14,811 nt of DNA, from positions 1-14,811 of the forward strand of contig JBBQRQ010000117.1 of assembly GCA_038214755.1 (NCBI GenBank), given 5' to 3'. Source of the DNA: Verrucomicrobiota bacterium. Lineage in GTDB: Bacteria > Verrucomicrobiota > Verrucomicrobiia > Limisphaerales > CANJXF01. Both the position numbers and the translations under genes were made by a program. Numbering within the stretch: position 1 is the first letter of the stretch; every line of letters starts with the position of its first letter. Of the stretch, positions 1 to 7,540 are shown piece by piece. The notes below the pieces were generated by a model. It worked only from the letters and a program-made list of their open reading frames with translations. It was not told the DNA's origin and ran no database searches.

Positions 1-963
1 AAGTTGCGGAAAATTTTCACCAAACGCGGCGTGCCGCTGACGACGGCGCTGATTGGGGGAGTGGTTTCAGCGAATTCTGTGCAAGCCGCACCGATTGGTT
101 TAGCGATCACGGTCGCGGCGACGGCGGCAAAGGGCGCCATAATTTCGGCAACACTAACAACACTGATAAAAGGAACTATGAAAACAATGACCTGGTTAAA
201 ACTCAAATTGGCGGCGGGTGTGGGCATGGCGGCATTGCTCGCTGGCGGCGCGGCGACGGTGGCGATTTCGCAGACGGGCAACGGCGACAAATTGACGACG
301 GCTGAAATTTTCAATAGAACACAAGCGGCCTACGCATCACTGACCAGTTACAGCGATGACGGGAAAAGCGTCGCGATCTTGAACGGCACTTCCTTCACAC
401 ATACGTTTTCCATCAAGCTTGGCCGACCAAATCTTTACCGGATTGAATGGGAGCAGCCGGTGCAGGCAAGCTACACTAACAAAGGCGTTGTCTGGTCGTC
501 GGGGGAAGGTGATTTTTTGGTCATGGGAGAGCGTAATGCGCGAAAAGAATCGAGCAAGGAAAGCGCGTTGTCCAGTGCGACCGGTATTTCCGGCAGCGCG
601 GCGGCAACCATTCCCGCAACATTTTTCAAAATGAACTGGGGCAATCAGCTTGGTGGCACGGTGGCGGGTCAAAAACGGCAAGCTGACGAGAAGGTGGGCG
701 ATGTGGATTGCTACGTTTTCATGAGCGACTTGAAAGGCCGGGCGAAGACGATGTGGATTGGCAAACAGGATTTTCTGATTCACCAAGTCCGAACCGTGAC
801 GAGCGCTGAAAACATGAAGGCAACCATGGCCGAGGCCGCCAAACGCAATCCTCAAATCGCCGCTCGAATGCCCAAGACTAAATATACAGACAGCACTTCC
901 ACCGAGACACACGAGAACATCGTGGTGAACCAGAAGTTTTCGCCGTCAGATTTCGCCCGTTGA
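1..963 (+). CDS. C-terminal part of a probable ECF sigma-70 factor with C-terminal extension (TM segment plus LolA-like/DUF2092-like domain); 5'-truncated by window edge
   Basis: Frame open from base 1 (KLRKIFTKRGV..., resembling the end of sigma region 4 in Verrucomicrobia/Planctomycetes extended ECFs). Ala-rich linker, hydrophobic segment after MTWLKLK, then a beta-rich domain (RPNLYRIEW, VDCYV, MWIGKQDFLIHQV, FSPSDF) reminiscent of LolA-like folds. The sigma core is outside the window. Confidence 0.6.
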   Translation, partial: KLRKIFTKRGVPLTTALIGGVVSANSVQAAPIGLAITVAATAAKGAIISATLTTLIKGTMKTMTWLKLKLAAGVGMAALLAGGAATVAISQTGNGDKLTTAEIFNRTQAAYASLTSYSDDGKSVAILNGTSFTHTFSIKLGRPNLYRIEWEQPVQASYTNKGVVWSSGEGDFLVMGERNARKESSKESALSSATGISGSAAATIPATFFKMNWGNQLGGTVAGQKRQADEKVGDVDCYVFMSDLKGRAKTMWIGKQDFLIHQVRTVTSAENMKATMAEAAKRNPQIAARMPKTKYTDSTSTETHENIVVNQKFSPSDFAR

Positions 964-1066
964 AAAGCGGTAGAGGACTACCGCACTCCAAGACGCTTCG
1001 CGCTATTCCGTGCCTCATCGAAATTCGCGCGAGCGTCTTGGACTGCGGTAGTCCTCTACCGCTTTT
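963..1066. repeat. REP doublet (REPIN) A1, GGAG type
   Basis: 35-bp inverted arms 963-997 and 1032-1066 with 1 mismatch. Each arm holds the hairpin GCGGTAG-4nt-CTACCGC next to a GGAG-T head (GGAC in the right arm). Confidence 0.9.
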
Positions 1067-1124
1067 GCAACAGCGCAATTAAATTCAGCTTCACTTGCAA
1101 TTCACCCGACGGCATTTTTATCTC

Positions 1125-1694
1125 ATGCCGGAACCCAAAACGCCCTGGCCTCACGCCCCAACTCATCAGCTTGCCACGCGCGGCACTTATTTTGTGACGG
1201 GTTCCACTTTCGGACAACTTCATCATTTTCGCGGCGCAAAACGGTTGCGGGTTTTGCATCGCGGCTTGCTGACAGTGGCCGGAGAATTTGGCTGGCAATT
1301 GGAAGCGTGGGCGGTTTTCTCGAATCATTATCATTGTATCGCGCATTCGCCGCGCGACGCGACGGATGCTTCCAGCTTGAGCGCGATGTTGAGCATGTTG
1401 CATGTGAAAACTGCCGGTTGGATTAACAAGTTGGACAACGAACCGGGCCGACAGGTGTGGTTCAACTTTTGGGACACGCGACTGACGCATCAACGGTCTT
1501 ATCTGGCGCGATTGAATTATGTCCATCAAAACGCGGTGAAGCATGGGCTTGTGCCGGTGGCGTCTCAATATCCGTGGTGCTCGGCGGCCTGGTTTGAACG
1601 AACTGCTTCTCCGGCGATGGTGAAATCCATTTATCGGTTTAAGACGGATCGGATTTCGGTGGCGGATGAATTTGAGCCGGAGGCGGATTGGTGA
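1125..1694 (+). CDS. rayT: REP-associated tyrosine transposase (RAYT, Y1/HUH superfamily), 189 aa
   Basis: TYFVT N-terminal motif, HUH motif in AWAVFSNHYH, VWxxFWD, catalytic-Tyr region NYVHQNAVKHGLV...YPWCS. Flanked on both sides by REP doublets. ATG at 1125 preferred over TTG at 1095. Confidence 0.88.
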   Translation: MPEPKTPWPHAPTHQLATRGTYFVTGSTFGQLHHFRGAKRLRVLHRGLLTVAGEFGWQLEAWAVFSNHYHCIAHSPRDATDASSLSAMLSMLHVKTAGWINKLDNEPGRQVWFNFWDTRLTHQRSYLARLNYVHQNAVKHGLVPVASQYPWCSAAWFERTASPAMVKSIYRFKTDRISVADEFEPEADW

Positions 1695-1721
1695 TGAATG
1701 CCAGTCTTGGTCGCGTCGCAG

Positions 1722-1821
1722 AAAGCGCCAGAGGACTGGCGCACTCCAAGACGCTTCGCGCTGTTCCGTGCCTCATCGAAATTCGCGCGAGCGTCTTGGA
1801 GTGCGGTAGTCCTCTACCGCT
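1722..1821. repeat. REP doublet (REPIN) A2, GGAG type
   Basis: Direct copy of 964-1063 with 6 differences in 100 nt. Four of these are compensatory in the hairpin (GCGCCAG/CTGGCGC vs GCGGTAG/CTACCGC). Confidence 0.9.
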
Positions 1822-1832
1822 CTGGGAGGAAC

Positions 1833-2750
1833 TCAACCGCGATTAAATTTTTCCACGATTTCGCGGATGGCGCGGGTGTGTTCGGGGGTGCTGCCGCAGC
1901 AGGAGCCGATAATGTTCGCGCCAGATTCAAGCGCGGCAGGAACGCCCAGCGCGAGGTCAGCAGCCGATTGTTTGTAAACGGCTTTCAAATTTTCCAGCAC
2001 GGGAAGTCCCGCGTTCGGTTGCACCATCACCGGCAAGCTACAACTCTCTCGGTAAATTTTTGCGACCATTGCTGCGCCCGGCATGTCCATGCCAGTGCCG
2101 CAATTTAACGCGATGATGTTTGCGCCTCGTCCTTCGACGAACGCGGCCGCTTGATCCGGCATCACGCCCATCATTGTGACGTAAAAACTTTGGTCTTGCG
2201 AAAGGTCGTAGGCGAATGAAGCTATTATGCACGGCGCGCCCGCAGCTTTCGCGGCATCAATCGCGACGCCGATTTCTTCCAGCGAAGTTTGGGTTTCGAT
2301 GATGATCGCATCTGCTCCAGCCTCGACCAGCGCGGCAGCTTGCTCTCGATACGCTTCGAACGCTTCTGCGTGCGGCATGTCGCCATAAGGTTCGAGAATC
2401 GCGCCGAGCGGACCGAGATCGCCGAGAACAAATCCTTCACGACCGCCAAATGCTTCGCGCGCGATGCGAACTCCGGCTTGATTTATTTCGCGTAAATCTT
2501 CCAGGTGCCCGTGTCGCTTCAACATCGTACGGCTGCCGCCAAAGGTGTTTGTGATGATGCAATCGGCGCCGGCGTTCGCGTAACGTTTTTGGATTTCAAG
2601 AACGCGTTCGGGATGCGTGAGATTCCAGTGTTCGCCGCAATTGCCTTGCTCGAGGCCGGCGAGCATGAGTTGTGTTCCCATCGCGCCATCGCCAACGAGA
2701 CGTCGTTCGCGCACGATTTCGTGAAGCAGCTTTCGGTTGTGACTCGTCAT
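1833..2750 (-). CDS. Homocysteine S-methyltransferase family protein (stand-alone MetH Hcy-binding module), 305 aa
   Basis: DGAMGT, GADCIITNTFG, IIETQ, ALNC, QPNAGLP, IIGSCCGSTPEH (three Zn-binding Cys). Start set at MTSHN (2750) because the upstream extension runs through a repeat. Confidence 0.9.
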   Translation of the reverse strand: MTSHNRKLLHEIVRERRLVGDGAMGTQLMLAGLEQGNCGEHWNLTHPERVLEIQKRYANAGADCIITNTFGGSRTMLKRHGHLEDLREINQAGVRIAREAFGGREGFVLGDLGPLGAILEPYGDMPHAEAFEAYREQAAALVEAGADAIIIETQTSLEEIGVAIDAAKAAGAPCIIASFAYDLSQDQSFYVTMMGVMPDQAAAFVEGRGANIIALNCGTGMDMPGAAMVAKIYRESCSLPVMVQPNAGLPVLENLKAVYKQSAADLALGVPAALESGANIIGSCCGSTPEHTRAIREIVEKFNRG

Positions 2751-2787
2751 TCGTTTTAAATTCAATTCATCTGCGCTGCCAGATCCG

Positions 2788-2943
2788 AAGCTCCAAATTC
2801 CAAGCTCCAAGCTCCAGAGAAACTTCAATCACCAAGCACCAAACAAAGTCCTATTGCGCCTGCTAAACCTGGCAACACCCGGCAAAATTTGAAGCTTGGA
2901 ATTTGGTGTTTCTCTGGATCTTGGAGGTTGGTGCTTGGAGCTT
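2788..2943. repeat. Imperfect inverted repeat built of heptamer units (AAGCTCC-like)
   Basis: 56-bp arms 2788-2843 and 2888-2943 match at 44/56 ungapped positions. Each has degenerate 7-mers around a conserved TCCAGAGAAAC core. 44-bp spacer. Confidence 0.8.
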
Positions 2944-2950
2944 TTCCAAT

Positions 2951-3277
2951 TTACGCTGCAATCAAAATTTCCGTGTCCGTGATTTGCATTTCCACACCAG
3001 CGGCTTTGGCGGCTTCTGCCAACGCGGCTTTCAGCATGACCACGGGATCAGGACTGACATCCATACGGCGCATGAGACCTTCACCTTTTTTGGCGCCGAC
3101 GGTGAGAGTAAGTTTGAGGCCTTTGCGTTTGCAGGCGACGCGCGTGCCGTCCGCGAGTTTGGTGTTCATCGGTTTGATGAACGCGTCAGTGTAATGCACG
3201 CCGATGCGGGATTTATCAATGGCGGTTGGCGGAAGTTTTTCGACGGCAGCAGAATTAATATCACAAAGTTTGGTCAT
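2951..3277 (-). CDS. Hypothetical protein, 108 aa, within the corrinoid methyltransferase cluster
   Basis: ATG-started ORF co-oriented with both neighbours, protein-like composition. No family recognised. Confidence 0.7.
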   Translation of the reverse strand: MTKLCDINSAAVEKLPPTAIDKSRIGVHYTDAFIKPMNTKLADGTRVACKRKGLKLTLTVGAKKGEGLMRRMDVSPDPVVMLKAALAEAAKAAGVEMQITDTEILIAA

Positions 3278-3387
3278 AAATCGGTTCGTAGTTTTCGTGA
3301 ATTTTCACTCTTTGTCGATTGCTCTTTTGCCAGAGATCGGTAGGGCAGCCTTTTCACCCTGCGGACGGTAGAGTTGAAAGATTCTTT

Positions 3388-4650
3388 TCAGGCCGAACCT
3401 TTTTGCGCGAGAGCAAAATGGATCACTTCAAAGATCATGCCCCACTTGTGTTCGCGGCTCGCGGCTTCGCAAAAACATCCAGCGGGATTGGCCGCCCGTT
3501 TCCAGGCGAGGACATCGTTGAGCGGGCGACCCAGCAGCGGTTGGTCAGCAGCCACGCGGCTCATGAACTCGTCGGCGTCTTTGATGAATTCGCATTGATG
3601 GGGGTGCCCGGTGTCGCCCTCAGCGGGAGCGCAACGGGCTTCCGCGATTCGATAGGCTTGCGCGCGCGGTTGCAGTCGGACCTGGTAATCATACAAAATG
3701 GGCCGGCCAAAATTTGAGCAGGTCGTGCCTTCGTAGCGGAAGCTTGCGTTGACGAAGCCGTCGTTCGTTACTTCAAGTTGCAATCGTTCTTGCGACCACT
3801 TTTTCAGCGCTTTGGCGTTGACGGTGTAACGGGCCAGTTTGTCGAGGACAGGGCCGCTGATAATTTTGGGCGCGGTGATTTCCACAACATTGATTTCCTG
3901 GCGACTGACGCTTTCCGACTGCGGCATAAAATAACGATACGGGGCGCGGCGATATTGGCAATTCGGGAAGGAACAATTTTCACAAGGAATAAGTTTTGAA
4001 CCGGGCGAAACTTTTTCGGGATGTCGCGTGAGACCGAAGACCGTGAGCAAAGATTTTTTCGGGCGCAACATTCCCGTTTCCATAACTTCGAGGTCGGCGG
4101 GAAATGGCGATCCGTTGTTTCCGCGAATGATGCTCCACAATTTGGGCTGATCGGAAACGGGCCAACTGGTGTAGCCGGGGCTATAATGCGGCAACACAGC
4201 CATGCCGCTCTTCTCGGCTTGAGCGCAGATGCGTCCGGCGGCGTGAGTGATAAGATGCTCAACAACCGCCGAGCCGTACATCTCCAGGAAAAAATATTCG
4301 TCCGGCTTTCCTTCCTCCCAGCATTGGCGCGCTTTCTCCTCGCATTCTTTTCCGGCGCTGACGGCGACGAGCATGGCATCGTGCGCTGCGGCGGCGAGGA
4401 ATTGCGCTTGCAACCTTTCGGAAGAAAATTCCGCGCCCGCCAGAAAAATTTTATTCGTTTCGATTTTGAGTTCGCCCGCGCCTCTCGCGAAAACCCACGG
4501 TTGTCCATGTTCCGCATACCATTGACGCGCCCAACCAGCGAGTTCGCGCGCGCGTTCGCTGGGCGTGTGATCGCGCGGGTAGCCGAGGAGTCGAAAATAT
4601 TCCGGCTCCTGCACGTTTAACCGCGGGGCTTTATCGGTGAATTCAAACAT
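3388..4650 (-). CDS. Protein with N-terminal B12-dependent methionine synthase activation-like domain and an unknown Cys-containing C-terminal domain, 420 aa
   Basis: YFFLEMYGSAVVE, YSPGYTSWPVSDQ, TGMLRPKKSL..VFG and CxxCxxxxCxYR are typical of stand-alone MetH-activation-like proteins. GGAGA RBS upstream of ATG 4650. About 170 extra C-terminal residues with GTTCSNFG and GCFC. Confidence 0.75.
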   Translation of the reverse strand: MFEFTDKAPRLNVQEPEYFRLLGYPRDHTPSERARELAGWARQWYAEHGQPWVFARGAGELKIETNKIFLAGAEFSSERLQAQFLAAAAHDAMLVAVSAGKECEEKARQCWEEGKPDEYFFLEMYGSAVVEHLITHAAGRICAQAEKSGMAVLPHYSPGYTSWPVSDQPKLWSIIRGNNGSPFPADLEVMETGMLRPKKSLLTVFGLTRHPEKVSPGSKLIPCENCSFPNCQYRRAPYRYFMPQSESVSRQEINVVEITAPKIISGPVLDKLARYTVNAKALKKWSQERLQLEVTNDGFVNASFRYEGTTCSNFGRPILYDYQVRLQPRAQAYRIAEARCAPAEGDTGHPHQCEFIKDADEFMSRVAADQPLLGRPLNDVLAWKRAANPAGCFCEAASREHKWGMIFEVIHFALAQKGSA

Positions 4651-4661
4651 GGAAATCTCCC

Positions 4662-4789
4662 CGGAGCGCGGCTGTGTCGTCCTCGACCAGCCGCAGCGGC
4701 TTCACAACGAATGGCTGTTGAAATAAATCCGATGCGTCTCGGTGTGGCAAGGTGGTGCGGCTGGTCGAGGACGACACAGTTGCGCTCCG
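4662..4789. repeat. REP doublet B, GGAG type
   Basis: 34-bp inverted arms 4662-4695 and 4756-4789 with 2 mismatches. Unit: GGAG-C-GCGGCTG-T-GTCG-TCCT-CGAC-CAGCCGC. Confidence 0.85.
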
Positions 4790-4824
4790 ATGTTTGCTCG
4801 AACCGCGGGTTGATCGGACTCCGC

Positions 4825-6483
4825 TCACGACGTTGCTCCTTCGGTTTCGGTCTTGGATTCGATTGGATTGAACTGACAACCCTCGACAAAAAAATCGAAA
4901 AAGTTCAGGTGCGTTTCCAATCGGCAATGCGTGACGCGCCTGACTAAATTCTCCAACTCGGCGCGTTTCGTTTTCGAAAGCAGCGCGATGCATGCGCCTT
5001 CGATGGAAGCGTTGCCGACCTGAATAATTTTTTCATCGGCGATGTTTGGAATCAGCCCGATGCGTTTTGAGGACTGCACGTTCAAGTGTCGGCCAAAACC
5101 GCCGGCGAGATAAAAAACGTCCACGTCCTCGAAGCGAACGCCGAAATTTTGAAACAGGATTTGCAGACCGGCGACGTTTGCGCCTTTGGCCTGAGCCAAT
5201 TCGTTGATGTCGCTCTCGGTGAAAAAAATCGGATGGCTACTCTTCGCGTCCACCACGACGCGATCTCCATCTTCCTCGAAACGGCCGAGGGAATTCATGC
5301 GCTCGACGCGAAGCAATTCGCTCATGAGATCAACCAGACCGGAGCCGCAAATTCCTTCCGCCGGGCCGTCGCCGATGACTTGAAGGCGAATCGATCCATC
5401 GGGTTCGATGGCGACTTTTTCAATCGCACCGGTCAAGCCTGGCATGCCGCAGGAAATTTTTCCGCCTTCAAATGCCGGCCCCGCCGGACAGGACGCGGCG
5501 TAAATTTTATCTTTGTTGCCGAGAATCAATTCCGTGTTCGTGCCGATGTCCATGACGGCGACGAGACGTTTTTCATTCGCGATGTCCACCGCCAACATGC
5601 ACGCGGCCGCGTCCGCGCCCACGTGTCCACTGATAATGGGCAAGCCGTAGATGCGCGCTAGCGGATGAATTGGCAGATGCAATTTTGCAGCGGTGTCTGC
5701 GAGGCTGGTGGTCGTGCGGCGGCCCTCCGCCATTTCAATTTCCGTGATGGATTGATACGGATTTTGTCCGATGGAATAAACGTTCAGCCGAAAAAAAATG
5801 TCGCGCATGGTGGAGTTGCCAGCCACGACAAGTTCGTAAATGGATTTTGGATCGACGGGAAATTCTTCGATCGCGTGAGTGAGATAACCGATCAAAGTTC
5901 GCTGTAGCAATTTGCCGGGTTCATGCGTGTCGTAATGGATTCGCGACATCACATCCGAGCCGCCGAAACGTTGCGGATTTTCAATCGAAGCGTCCGCCAC
6001 AATTTCTCCCGTTTCCAGATTCAACAACCGAATGACCACGGTGGTTGTGCCGAGATCCATCGCGATGCCATGAATCGGGCCGGTGCTACGCGCAATTTCT
6101 TCGCCATCGAGGAGAATGCGGTCGCCATCGCGCGTCACGGCGGGATCAAGTTCCATTTTCTTTCCGCTGGAAGGCAATTGAAACGCGTGGCGTTCGATCC
6201 GCATATCTCCGCGACGCAGGGTGTGGCAGCGCACGAGGCCAGAGTCTTGGACGATTTTACAGCGACAGGACAAACGGAAATTTTCCCGCAGATGGCTCTC
6301 CTCCTTCGTCGGCGCTGAGAGACAATCCATGCCCTCAATTACTTCGACCAAACACTCTTTGCACTTGCCTTGCTTACGACAGGACGTGGGAACTTTTATG
6401 CCCAATGTCTCTGCGTAATCGAAAAGCGAGGAGCCGGGAGTAACGTCGGTTTGTTGAAGATTAAAATGTAATTTCACGCTCAT
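4825..6483 (-). CDS. ASKHA-domain corrinoid activation protein (RACo/DUF4445 family) with N-terminal [2Fe-2S] domain, about 552 aa
   Basis: SCRKQGKCKECLV...RLSCRC ferredoxin motif, AMDLGTTT, NPQRFGGSDVMSRI, VAGNSTM, HVGAD, DIGTNTE, SCPAGPAFEG, GICGSG, LAGGFG, VGNAS. Start 6483 or 6504. Confidence 0.92.
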   Translation of the reverse strand: MSVKLHFNLQQTDVTPGSSLFDYAETLGIKVPTSCRKQGKCKECLVEVIEGMDCLSAPTKEESHLRENFRLSCRCKIVQDSGLVRCHTLRRGDMRIERHAFQLPSSGKKMELDPAVTRDGDRILLDGEEIARSTGPIHGIAMDLGTTTVVIRLLNLETGEIVADASIENPQRFGGSDVMSRIHYDTHEPGKLLQRTLIGYLTHAIEEFPVDPKSIYELVVAGNSTMRDIFFRLNVYSIGQNPYQSITEIEMAEGRRTTTSLADTAAKLHLPIHPLARIYGLPIISGHVGADAAACMLAVDIANEKRLVAVMDIGTNTELILGNKDKIYAASCPAGPAFEGGKISCGMPGLTGAIEKVAIEPDGSIRLQVIGDGPAEGICGSGLVDLMSELLRVERMNSLGRFEEDGDRVVVDAKSSHPIFFTESDINELAQAKGANVAGLQILFQNFGVRFEDVDVFYLAGGFGRHLNVQSSKRIGLIPNIADEKIIQVGNASIEGACIALLSKTKRAELENLVRRVTHCRLETHLNFFDFFVEGCQFNPIESKTETEGATS

Positions 6484-6523
6484 CTGTTCGCTCGCAAAAT
6501 CCATTTGAGCGGCTGCGAGCGTG

Positions 6524-6551
6524 AGGTTAAACGTGAGACTAAAAACGTCAA
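6524..6551 (-). promoter_or_regulatory. Predicted sigma-70 promoter of the corrinoid cluster
   Basis: TTGACG-16 nt-TAACCT on the minus strand upstream of the RACo start. Confidence 0.5.
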
Positions 6552-6572
6552 GGTTCGCATCCGCGATTTCAC

Positions 6573-6723
6573 GTAGCGCAGGATTGCATCCTGCTGTATC
6601 GCCGGTTTGAAACCGGCTGAACGTCGCCAACAAGGAAAGCCTTTAGTTTTCGAAAGTCTTCCGTCCTGGCGGCATCTCGCAGGTTGAAAACCTGCGATAC
6701 GGCAGGATGCAATCCTGCGCTAC
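6573..6723. repeat. REP doublet C, GTAG type
   Basis: 30-bp inverted arms 6573-6602 and 6694-6723 with 1 mismatch. Unit: GTAG-C-GCAGGAT-3nt-ATCCTGC. A second hairpin follows each arm inwards (GCCGGTTTGAAACCGGC; CGCAGGTTGAAAACCTGCG). Confidence 0.88.
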
Positions 6724-6801
6724 AACTGATCGATTGACCGCCAGTTTAAATCGCACCCGTCCGCGAGGCCCTACACTATCCCGGACTGCGACCACAAAAT
6801 A

Positions 6802-6887
6802 GGAGCGCGGACGTTCTTCGTCCGCGAGTTTCTGAAGAGAATAATCTCCGCTGCAACAAACGCGCGGACGAAGAACGTCCGTGCTCC
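6802..6887. repeat. REP doublet D, GGAG type
   Basis: 25-bp inverted arms 6802-6826 and 6863-6887 with 1 mismatch. Unit: GGAG-C-GCGGACG-TTCTT-CGTCCGC. Confidence 0.85.
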
Positions 6888-6948
6888 GTTTCGATCCACG
6901 CGCTCAAGCCAGGCGCGCGCGCGAAAGTTTGGACGAGCCGCAAAACAC

Positions 6949-6977
6949 TTGCCTCGCTCGCAGCGCTTCGATAAAAC
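6949..6977 (+). promoter_or_regulatory. Predicted promoter of the fluoride riboswitch leader
   Basis: TTGCCT-17 nt-TAAAAC, ending 7 nt before the first G of the aptamer. Confidence 0.4.
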
Positions 6978-6983
6978 TTTTCT

Positions 6984-7054
6984 GGCAATGGGATTTGCCT
7001 TCTCGCGAGTGCGGGAAAACCGCCTGAAAATTTTCAGCGCTGATAATTCCTACC
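6984..7054 (+). ncRNA. Fluoride riboswitch (crcB motif)
   Basis: GGCAATGGGATTTGCC...AACCGC-[CTGAAA/TTTCAG stem]-GCTGATAATTCCTACC matches the consensus GGYRATGRNGYYCRCC...AACCGC...GCTRATGRCNYCTAC. Pseudoknot GGGATT/AATTCC. Directly upstream of crcB. Confidence 0.9.
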
Positions 7055-7064
7055 GAAAACAAAA

Positions 7065-7120
7065 GGAGCGACGCTCGCCGAGGCGAACTTTCACAAAGCC
7101 GCCACAGAGGGCGGCGCTCC
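7065..7120. repeat. Short degenerate REP doublet E (GGAG type) inside the riboswitch leader
   Basis: GGAGCG...CGCTCC ends. Right unit on the minus strand reads GGAG-C-GCCGCC-CTCTGT-GGCGGC. Left unit is degenerate (TCGC-CGAG-GCGA hairpin). Confidence 0.55.
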
Positions 7121-7142
7121 GAATCATCGGTAGGTTTTTTTT

Positions 7143-7538
7143 ATGCTCAATTGTCTTTTAATTGCATTCGGTGGCGCGATTGGCAGCGCGGCGCGTTTTC
7201 TGGCGTCGGGATTAGTGGCTCGCCTTTTTGGTGAAACATTTCCGTGGGGCACCATCATCGTCAATATCACCGGATGTTTCGTCATCGGTTTTTTCGCCGC
7301 CTCGACGGGAACAGAAGGTCGCTGGCTCGTCTCGCCTGCGATCCGGCAATTTTTCATGATCGGAATTCTCGGCGGTTACACGACGTTTTCCTCTTTTGGT
7401 TTGCAAACACTCACGCTCGCCAAAGAGGGAGAATGGTTTCAAGCAGGAGCCAACATCGTTGTGTCGGTTGTGCTCTGTTTGACCGCAGTCTGGTTGGGCC
7501 ATGTTCTGGCGATGAACTTCAATTCCACCAAAGGATAA
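7143..7538 (+). CDS. crcB: Fluoride efflux channel CrcB/FluC, 131 aa
   Basis: GGAIGSAARF, FPWGTIIVNITG, GILGGYTTFSSF signature, four hydrophobic segments, riboswitch upstream. Confidence 0.96.
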   Translation: MLNCLLIAFGGAIGSAARFLASGLVARLFGETFPWGTIIVNITGCFVIGFFAASTGTEGRWLVSPAIRQFFMIGILGGYTTFSSFGLQTLTLAKEGEWFQAGANIVVSVVLCLTAVWLGHVLAMNFNSTKG

Positions 7539-7540
7539 AT

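Noticed and set aside
963..1821. CRISPR array or tRNA/rRNA interpretation of the repeats
   Set aside because: No regularly spaced direct repeats with unique spacers, no cas genes, and no cloverleaf or rRNA motifs recognised in the window.
878..1836. Similar small ORFs 878-1078 and 1639-1836 (SGRGLP.SKTLARISMRHG)
   Set aside because: Translations of the two REPIN copies, not paralogous proteins.
2751..2828. N-terminal extension of the Hcy methyltransferase (MKFLWSLELGIWSF)
   Set aside because: Translation of the heptamer repeat arm, not a signal peptide.
3340..3362. GTAGGG...CCCTGC single hairpin; similar weak cases at about 6751-6774 and 9213-9232
   Set aside because: Short or unpaired; may be decayed REPs or terminators but cannot be supported.
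6484..6633. N-terminal extension of the RACo ORF to 6633
   Set aside because: Runs through REP doublet C and the predicted promoter; the ferredoxin domain starts after MSVKL.
6484..6800. Cobalamin riboswitch upstream of the corrinoid cluster
   Set aside because: No B12-box or GGGAA/GCCACTG motifs recognised; the structure there is explained by REP doublet C.
7244..7540. 227-aa version of the DUF190 ORF
   Set aside because: Overlaps crcB out of frame; the real start at 7541 has an RBS and the family N-terminus.
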